Part shown: positions 57,595 to 64,000 of the stretch, one piece after another | Layout: each line of letters begins with the position of its first letter | Position numbering within the stretch: the first letter of the stretch is position 1 | Virus record (IMG/VR): IMGVR_UViG_3300012920_000029 | Location: 8,428 to 72,427 of that record | DNA length: 64,000 nt | Reading direction: 5' to 3' (one strand) | Source of the DNA: a virus | Made by a program: the position numbers and the translations under genes | Notes under the pieces: model-generated | The model's input: the letters and a program-made list of their open reading frames with translations, nothing else | Database searches by the model: none | Told to the model about the DNA's origin: nothing

Positions 57595-59369
57595 TGTTAC
57601 GTGGAAAGCTAGCAGATGTATTAATAAACTCAAGCCTACCTAAAGACTATAGATTAGAAGGTGACATGGATACTAAAAAATTAAAAGCATCTATGATTAG
57701 CCTAGCCAAAAATAGTCCGGAGAGCTACAGAACGGTTATACCTCGTATAAAGAAATTGGGAGATGAGTTTTCTACTTTTGAAGGTATTTCTGTAGGGCTG
57801 GATGATATAGAGCCTGAGTATTCTAAAAGAAACCCCATCATAAATAATACTAAAAGGTTACTTATTAAAGCAGGTAATAACCGTAAAAAGCAAATGGGTG
57901 TACTGTTAGAAGCTCAATCAAAGCTTAGAAATATAACTACCACACATCCGGGAGATATGGGCATGATGGCTAGGTCTGGTAGCCGCGGAAATATGAATCA
58001 GCTAATGAAAATGGTAGCTAGTCCTGGTATAGTGGGGGATTTTGATGGAGCACCTATACCTTATTTAATAGAGAGAGGATATTCTGAAGGTTTAGCTCCT
58101 GCTGAAGCTTGGATAGCCGGTGATGAAAGTAGGTCTCAGGTTATTAAAGGTCAGTTAGGCACTGCTGAGCCTGGAGAAATGCAGAAGGTTTTAGCTTCCG
58201 TAATGACTGAACAAGTTATAGCCTCAGATGATTGCGGTACAGATAATGGACTTCTACTAGATGCAAATGATGACTCTGTAGAAGGCAGGTATTTGACCAC
58301 AGGAGGCTTAATCACAGCCCAGATGGCAGCTAACATAGCTAGAAAAGGTTCCAAAGTTAGGGTTAGATCTCCTATGACTTGTGAATTAGATTCTGGTGTA
58401 TGTCAGAAGTGCATGGGTCTTAGCAACAAGGGTAAATCTTTTGATTTAGGTGTGAATGTTGGTATTAGATCAGCGCAATCTTTAAGCGAACCTCTAACCC
58501 AGATGGCTCTAAGTGCTAAGCATGGGGTATCATTAGTAGAAGGCGATCATAATAAACCTAGGGGACTAGCTGCTTTTAAGCAATTTGTAGAAGTACCTAA
58601 GAGATTTTTTCAAAGAGCACCTGTTTCTGAAGTGGAGGGAAAAGTAGACTCTATAGATAAAGCTCCTCAAGGAGGTTATGATGTTACCATCTCCGGATCT
58701 CACCACTATATTCCTCCTAATAGAGATTTAAAAATTAAAAAGGGTCAGAGCATTGCGCCGGGAGATGTACTAGCTTCAGGTATCCCAGCTCCTGATGACA
58801 TCGTTAAATATAAAGGTATAGGGGCTGGTAGAGATTATTTACTAAAATCTTTAAGAACTGTTTATTCAGATTCTGGTCAAAAAGTAGATCCTAGACATTT
58901 AGAGCTTCTTACTAAATCCCAATTAAATTACGTAAGAATAGATTCCGGGTCTGATGAATATATACCTAACGATATAGTATCTATACCTAGACTCAGAAAT
59001 ACTTTTAAAGATAAAGGTTCTATGGTATCCGTAGTTGGTAGTGTGGGTAAGATTTTAACTAAAGCTGCAGGACCTCATCTACCTGGTACACGTATAACAA
59101 AGTCTATTGCAAAGGACCTTGAGAATGAAGGTATCAAGGAGATCAAGGCGGTAGATTCTAAAATACAAGTTACCCCTATAATGGCTGCAGCCACCAGAAC
59201 ACCTTTACTAAATCCTAACTGGATGCAAAGACTTGGTTTCCGATATCAAAAACAAACTCTTATAAATGCAGCCACATTTGGAGAGACCTCTGATTTACAT
59301 AGCCACAATCCTATTCCTGGTTTAGCTTTTGGAAAAGAGTTTAGACGTGATAGTAAAGGACGGTACTAA
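57594..59369 (+). CDS. rpoC: RNA polymerase beta' C-terminal half
   Basis: MARSGSRG, YSEGL, bridge helix TAEPGEMQKVL, DDCGT, RSPMTC...CQKCMG, trigger loop AQSLSEPLTQMALSAKH, RHLELL. Confidence 0.9.
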   Translation: MLRGKLADVLINSSLPKDYRLEGDMDTKKLKASMISLAKNSPESYRTVIPRIKKLGDEFSTFEGISVGLDDIEPEYSKRNPIINNTKRLLIKAGNNRKKQMGVLLEAQSKLRNITTTHPGDMGMMARSGSRGNMNQLMKMVASPGIVGDFDGAPIPYLIERGYSEGLAPAEAWIAGDESRSQVIKGQLGTAEPGEMQKVLASVMTEQVIASDDCGTDNGLLLDANDDSVEGRYLTTGGLITAQMAANIARKGSKVRVRSPMTCELDSGVCQKCMGLSNKGKSFDLGVNVGIRSAQSLSEPLTQMALSAKHGVSLVEGDHNKPRGLAAFKQFVEVPKRFFQRAPVSEVEGKVDSIDKAPQGGYDVTISGSHHYIPPNRDLKIKKGQSIAPGDVLASGIPAPDDIVKYKGIGAGRDYLLKSLRTVYSDSGQKVDPRHLELLTKSQLNYVRIDSGSDEYIPNDIVSIPRLRNTFKDKGSMVSVVGSVGKILTKAAGPHLPGTRITKSIAKDLENEGIKEIKAVDSKIQVTPIMAAATRTPLLNPNWMQRLGFRYQKQTLINAATFGETSDLHSHNPIPGLAFGKEFRRDSKGRY

Positions 59370-60082
59370 TGAGAAATTTAAGCCCTCTTCTCGGTAAGTT
59401 AGAAAAGGCCCTTGTAGGGGCCGAACGCCTAGCTCCTGAGGTGCAAAAATCTATACGTAAGTATGTTACACCTTCAGGTAGAATGATAGAAAGCTCTTTA
59501 AAGAATCGTGCTAAAGGACTAAATTTATTATTAGGCCAGAAGGGCGGGCTAGATGTCGTAAAATCTAGATTCAGGCAAGGAGGTGTACTAGGTCCCGGAG
59601 GTCTTTTTCTAGGGGACCTAGCAATAGATCCTCACTACAAACAGCTACTCACTAACTTAAGAAATAGCAAAGGGTTTAATTACGTGTTAGACCCTAAGAC
59701 AGGTAAGTCTATTAGTAAAAGAAAAGCTTTAGCTAAAGTAGTGGGTGGTGGTATTGTAGAGAGTATAAACCCTGTTTTTGGGCTAGGATTTCCTATACTA
59801 GATGCTAAAGCAGCTATGGATTCTCCGGCTTACGAAGAGGGAGGGGGATACTCAGGATTACTAGGTGCTTTAGGTTCAGGTGTAGGATTTGCAGCAGGGG
59901 GACCTCTAGGATTACTTGGGGGTATGGCTGTCGGAGAATTAGGAGGGGGGTTAGGAAGGTCTATTGGAGGTATGTTCGATCCAGACAAACCACTTGTTGA
60001 TTTATCTGGTAAAACAATGCACACTGTACCAAGGCCTTCCGACTATATACTAGACGCGGCTATACCACATCAATATACTTAA
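59369..60082 (+). CDS. Gly-rich hypothetical protein
   Basis: 237 aa; C-terminal glycine-zipper-like segment. Confidence 0.55.
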   Translation: MRNLSPLLGKLEKALVGAERLAPEVQKSIRKYVTPSGRMIESSLKNRAKGLNLLLGQKGGLDVVKSRFRQGGVLGPGGLFLGDLAIDPHYKQLLTNLRNSKGFNYVLDPKTGKSISKRKALAKVVGGGIVESINPVFGLGFPILDAKAAMDSPAYEEGGGYSGLLGALGSGVGFAAGGPLGLLGGMAVGELGGGLGRSIGGMFDPDKPLVDLSGKTMHTVPRPSDYILDAAIPHQYT

Positions 60083-60121
60083 CCATGAAACTTATATCAT
60101 AAAACTAGTTATGGAGATATT

Positions 60122-61267
60122 ATGTCTATACTAAAATTTGCATACGTAAGAGGAGCTCAAAATGCTCTCGTATCTGCAGGAGCTATCGATCCTTACGCTA
60201 ACGAGTTCAAGGCTGATTTAGCTGTAAAACTAGCCGCAATGGCTATTGAGGATGATGCTGCTGAAGAAGTAAGTGATGAAGAACTTGCTCAAGCTATGGC
60301 AGCTCTTAGTGCTAACGCTGAAGAAGAGCTTAGCCCCGAAGAAATTAAACAAATTATGGAGGCTGCTGAAGAAGGTAAAGAAGAGTTAGCTGAAGTTATG
60401 GACTCTATGCAAGATGAAGAAGCTGCTAAAGAAGTAGTAGCTTACCTTAAGCAAGCTGCTGCAGGTCATTTCCAAGGAGGCATAGCGAATCCTAAGCCTG
60501 TAAATCCTGGAGATTTTGAGCATGAGGCAGGTTCTCGAGCAGATGCTGGTTATGCACATTTAGGTGGTCAGCAAGGATTAGCTGATCCTAAGAAAAATGC
60601 TACTCCTTTTACAGCTGCGCAAAAACCTCTAGTGGAAGGAGCTACTCTAGATGCTAAGACAGCGGCAGCTATTCTTAGAAAGTTAAGTGCCGATGCTGCT
60701 AATACTGCTGCTAATGAACTAGGCGGTGCTGGATTGGATGGTACTGACGAAGAGCATGAAGGTGGTCCAAGAAAGTCAGAATCCTACGCTAACTTAGCTT
60801 CTCAGGGTCTTGAAACGGGTGATTCAAATGCAACACCTTACACAGGTAAGATGGTAGATCACAAAGAGGATATGCCTGCAGGTACTGCTGCTCTGAAAGA
60901 GTCAGAAACTAAGAGTGCGGCCTATAACTTCTTACTGTATAAAACAGCTGAAGAAGTAGGGCCTTTCTTACCAGAAGAGTTGGCAGAAACAGATAAGTTA
61001 GCAGCATTGCGAACTATGATTGGTATGACTCAACCGGAAAGAGCTCAATATATTCAACGTATCAAGTGGGCTATGGAAGATTCTGAAGAAGATCGTGACG
61101 ATGATGATGACGATAAAGATTCTAAGAAAGATAGCAAAGAGGATAGCGGTTTATCTGCAGAACAAAAAAAAGATCTTCCAGAAGGACTTCAAGCAGCTAT
61201 TAAAAAGAAACAAGAAGCCGAAAAAGAAGCTTCTTATATCCTAAGACAACTAGGGTTAGGATACTAA
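60122..61267 (+). CDS. Acidic hypothetical protein, possible scaffold/internal head protein
   Basis: 381 aa, Glu/Ala-rich; internal duplication (EHEAG..ADAGYAHL / EHEGG..SESYANL; NATPFT / NATPYT); K-x-A motifs. Confidence 0.6.
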   Translation: MSILKFAYVRGAQNALVSAGAIDPYANEFKADLAVKLAAMAIEDDAAEEVSDEELAQAMAALSANAEEELSPEEIKQIMEAAEEGKEELAEVMDSMQDEEAAKEVVAYLKQAAAGHFQGGIANPKPVNPGDFEHEAGSRADAGYAHLGGQQGLADPKKNATPFTAAQKPLVEGATLDAKTAAAILRKLSADAANTAANELGGAGLDGTDEEHEGGPRKSESYANLASQGLETGDSNATPYTGKMVDHKEDMPAGTAALKESETKSAAYNFLLYKTAEEVGPFLPEELAETDKLAALRTMIGMTQPERAQYIQRIKWAMEDSEEDRDDDDDDKDSKKDSKEDSGLSAEQKKDLPEGLQAAIKKKQEAEKEASYILRQLGLGY

Positions 61268-61268
61268 T

Positions 61269-61640
61269 ATGAATCTACATACTGCATATATTGCTGGTAT
61301 GTCTCAAGCTTTTTCCAATAGCGGATTATTGCCTCACATGCCTCTAGAGAAAGTAGCACAAGGTGCTGAGATAGCTTCTCAAGCTACTCCTCAAGAAGCT
61401 CAGATGGTGGGACAGTCTTTAGGACCCCAAGATTTAGAGTCTATGATGAAAATTTTAGAGGTTCTAAGTATTTTGTTTGAGCAATACCAAGCACAAATGG
61501 GTGGTGCACCTCCAGGAGCGGGAGCTCCTCCCCCACCTCCTCCAGGTGGTATGCCTCCACCTCCTCCAGGTGGTATGCCTCCACCTCCTCCTCCTGGTGG
61601 TATGCCTCCACCTCCTCCAGGTGGTATGCCTCCGATGTAA
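61269..61640 (+). CDS. Hypothetical protein with polyproline (PPPPPGGM) tail
   Basis: 123 aa; AYIAG and EKVA motifs. Confidence 0.6.
   Translation: MNLHTAYIAGMSQAFSNSGLLPHMPLEKVAQGAEIASQATPQEAQMVGQSLGPQDLESMMKILEVLSILFEQYQAQMGGAPPGAGAPPPPPPGGMPPPPPGGMPPPPPPGGMPPPPPGGMPPM
61526..61637 (+). repeat. Coding tandem repeat (CCTCCACCTCCTCCAGGTGGTATG-like, about 4 copies)
   Basis: Visible directly; a similar repeat occurs at about 63915-63983. Confidence 0.85.
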
Positions 61641-61684
61641 TTTAACGTATACTTAGCTAGATCACAAAAATAGTTAGGTGTACT

Positions 61685-62287
61685 ATGAATATAAAAGAAC
61701 TGGCGACTCTTTCTGGTTCAGAGAGAGTACGGTTAGCTTTGGGTTTAGATGAAGATCAGGCCCAGAAGATCCGTTTTATAGCTTCTTCTATGGCAGAAAA
61801 AAATCCGCATATTAATAAAGCACGTCTTGGTAAGGCTTCTCCGGGAACAAGTTTCTACGATTTTAAAAACCATAGATTAGGCATAGGGCATAAATCTAGC
61901 GATGTTCTAGCCCACGAACTAGGTCACGCTGCTTCTTTAGGTAATGCTTCTGATTTTTATAAAGAGCTTCTTAGAGGATCTAAAAAGGCTACTAGAATTT
62001 CTAATATGGTGGCAACCCCTGCTGCAGCTTTTATAGCCGCAAATCCCAAATTGACTTCTGCTCAAAAAAATAAGTTACTCGAGGCAGGGACACTTATAAG
62101 CGCTGCTATAGCCGCACCTAACTTATATGAAGAATTAGCAGCATCTACTATAGCTACTAAACATAGCCCTACTAAACTTAGGACTGCTTTTGGTATGATT
62201 CCAGGTCTGATTAGTCACTCTATGAATGATTTAACCGCACCTTCTACCTATTATTTAGTTAAAAAAACTCTTGGAGAAATAGAATAA
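61685..62287 (+). CDS. Putative zinc metallopeptidase-like (HExxH) protein
   Basis: VLAHELGHA ... LYEELAAS; resembles 378..1316. Confidence 0.55.
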   Translation: MNIKELATLSGSERVRLALGLDEDQAQKIRFIASSMAEKNPHINKARLGKASPGTSFYDFKNHRLGIGHKSSDVLAHELGHAASLGNASDFYKELLRGSKKATRISNMVATPAAAFIAANPKLTSAQKNKLLEAGTLISAAIAAPNLYEELAASTIATKHSPTKLRTAFGMIPGLISHSMNDLTAPSTYYLVKKTLGEIE

Positions 62288-64000
62288 TGATTAAGTTATC
62301 CGCAATATCCCCAAAAACAATGCAGGCTGGCGAGCAGCAAGGAGCTTCTTCTCCGGAAGAAGCCCAGCTAAAACAGCTATTTTCCGAATTAGCTTACGGT
62401 ATGTTAGAAGGCAAACTTCCTAACATAGTACCTAATGTCACCAGCTTTAAGGTATTAGAAGTAGACCTTGATAAACGTAGAGGTGTAGGAGCTTTTAAAG
62501 TAAAAGTGGGGACTAATTCTGCGTCAATCCCTATTGTTATGAATGACGGTAAAATCATATCCCCAGAAGTTATGTACAGTGATAAGAGTAAGACTTACTT
62601 ACCTCTAAAAGATAACTGGTTAGAGGAATTAAGTAATCCCTCGGAAAACTACTTAGGTAAGTCTGCCAAAGCACCCAAAACACTTAGCTCTGATATGGAT
62701 GTACGAGCACTTACTTTACCTCCTAGTACAGGGCGTTTTGTATATGCTAGTTACGATAAATCAGCGTTACCTAGAATAGTAGACAGTGCTAGCGATGTTG
62801 CTAAGCAGAAACTAGCCCAAGTATTTAGTAGTAATACTGAACTACTTAAAACCGCTATGAAATATCATGGCTCTAGTATTTTAGTAGCTTTGCAGCCTAA
62901 AATGCAGAAGGAAGCATCAGATAGGTCTTTGGTTACTATATTAGATTCTAATGATACTTTTGAAAGTTTTGAAGAAGGCTTCGGGTCTGCAGTTAAGGAA
63001 GCTTTTGAATTATCTTTAGAAGAGGGAGTAGTCACTAGAGATCTACGTCCACAAGCAAAGATAGCTGTAGATGTAAATAGCACTCTTACATTAGCGAAAA
63101 ATCAAGAATCTGGATTAACTGAACCTAAACACCCTGGGTTATACTCCATAATAACCTCTACTGGTAAAGAGGAAAAAGTAGTAATTATACCTAGACCTTT
63201 TACGCAGCTAACTATGGAGTCTGGATCTGTACCTAAAGGTAAAAACTCTGATAGCTATTTAATACTTCGCCCTACAGGTAGGTATACGCTGCATAGGGAA
63301 TCTATTTTAGCTATACCAGATCCCCTACCCTTACCCGAAGGTTCTAAGCTATATAAAGCTATAGCTTCTAACCCAGCTCCCCAAAATGGTTCTAATCTAT
63401 TCGTTGGAGTAAATGGTTCAGGGGTTACTAACGCAGTAGTATTAGAAGCTCCTCTTAGTAGGGTATCTAAGACCGCTGACGGCTACACCGCACTTAGCGG
63501 AGGTACTAAAGTAGTCATCACTTCTTCTAAAGGTGTATCTATACCTAAGAGAGTAGATGGGGTTTTATATATACCTGCTAGTTATCGTGCTTTAAAAGGT
63601 ACTAAGACTAGTACTTTAAATAATTTAATAGCAAGCCCGGAGCAGTTAGCCAAAGTGGTGGAGAGTAAGGTTACTAATATTGCAGAAGGGGTAAGTAAAG
63701 TAGCTTATAACCGTTCTGGAGATTACTGGGTTTTTGATGGCAAGACTTATGATAGTAAAAAAGATTTATTAATTAAAGCCGCCTCTTTAAATATAAACGT
63801 AGATTCTCTACGTAAGAGTTTAAATACTGTAAAAGAGTCTAGCAGCACTAATTTTTATCTAATAAATCCTTCAGACATCACTAAGATGGCTAGTATTTTT
63901 GGTCCTGATCCTGCACCTCCACCTCCTCCGCCTGGTGGTATGCCCCCTCCTGGTGGTATGCCCCCCCCCGGTGGTCTGCCCCCAGCTGCTGGTCGTGCCC
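62287..64000 (+). CDS. Large hypothetical virion-like protein, 3'-truncated by the window edge
   Basis: TAATG-coupled ATG at 62287 (MIKLSAISPKTMQAGEQQG...); frame appears open to the end, finishing in PPPPPGGMPPP. Absent from the ORF track because it has no stop. Confidence 0.7.
   Translation, partial: MIKLSAISPKTMQAGEQQGASSPEEAQLKQLFSELAYGMLEGKLPNIVPNVTSFKVLEVDLDKRRGVGAFKVKVGTNSASIPIVMNDGKIISPEVMYSDKSKTYLPLKDNWLEELSNPSENYLGKSAKAPKTLSSDMDVRALTLPPSTGRFVYASYDKSALPRIVDSASDVAKQKLAQVFSSNTELLKTAMKYHGSSILVALQPKMQKEASDRSLVTILDSNDTFESFEEGFGSAVKEAFELSLEEGVVTRDLRPQAKIAVDVNSTLTLAKNQESGLTEPKHPGLYSIITSTGKEEKVVIIPRPFTQLTMESGSVPKGKNSDSYLILRPTGRYTLHRESILAIPDPLPLPEGSKLYKAIASNPAPQNGSNLFVGVNGSGVTNAVVLEAPLSRVSKTADGYTALSGGTKVVITSSKGVSIPKRVDGVLYIPASYRALKGTKTSTLNNLIASPEQLAKVVESKVTNIAEGVSKVAYNRSGDYWVFDGKTYDSKKDLLIKAASLNINVDSLRKSLNTVKESSSTNFYLINPSDITKMASIFGPDPAPPPPPPGGMPPPGGMPPPGGLPPAAGRA

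Noticed and set aside
60089-60101. Fourth copy of the promoter motif (ACTTATATCAT)
   Set aside because: Only a partial match, without the AAAAT element and with no - strand gene downstream.
2704-63083. Numerous short antisense or nested ORFs in the track (e.g. 2704..3120, 44240..44803, 55663..56004)
   Set aside because: They are shadows of long, motif-bearing genes on the opposite strand or frame.
1-64000. Stop-codon reassignment
   Set aside because: Standard-code ORFs tile the window densely and TAA, TAG and TGA all end coupled genes.

Overview
The window is an AT-rich, densely coding segment of a large (jumbo-like) tailed phage, probably with a contractile tail. It uses the standard genetic code. 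The + strand carries morphogenesis and transcription genes: a tail-assembly chaperone with a -1 frameshift, tape measure, baseplate hub/wedge, large terminase, a probable portal, many K-x-A-motif virion-like proteins, two sigma70-family factors, and a multisubunit RNA polymerase split as beta-beta'N plus beta'C. The - strand carries replication and accessory genes: SNF2 helicase, two Cas4-like nucleases, ParB-like protein, a probable SSB, primase-helicase, UDG-fused family A DNA polymerase, RuvC, a MoxR AAA/vWA pair and a retron-type reverse transcriptase. The standout is an ORF-free region at 34457-35183. It is a tandem array of six sequence-divergent but structurally conserved units, each with retron msr-msd architecture on the - strand and a candidate promoter upstream. 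It lies about 7 kb upstream of, and on the same strand as, the retron-like RT, which has an atypical YSDN motif. All calls come from reading motifs by eye; no database searches or folding calculations were run.
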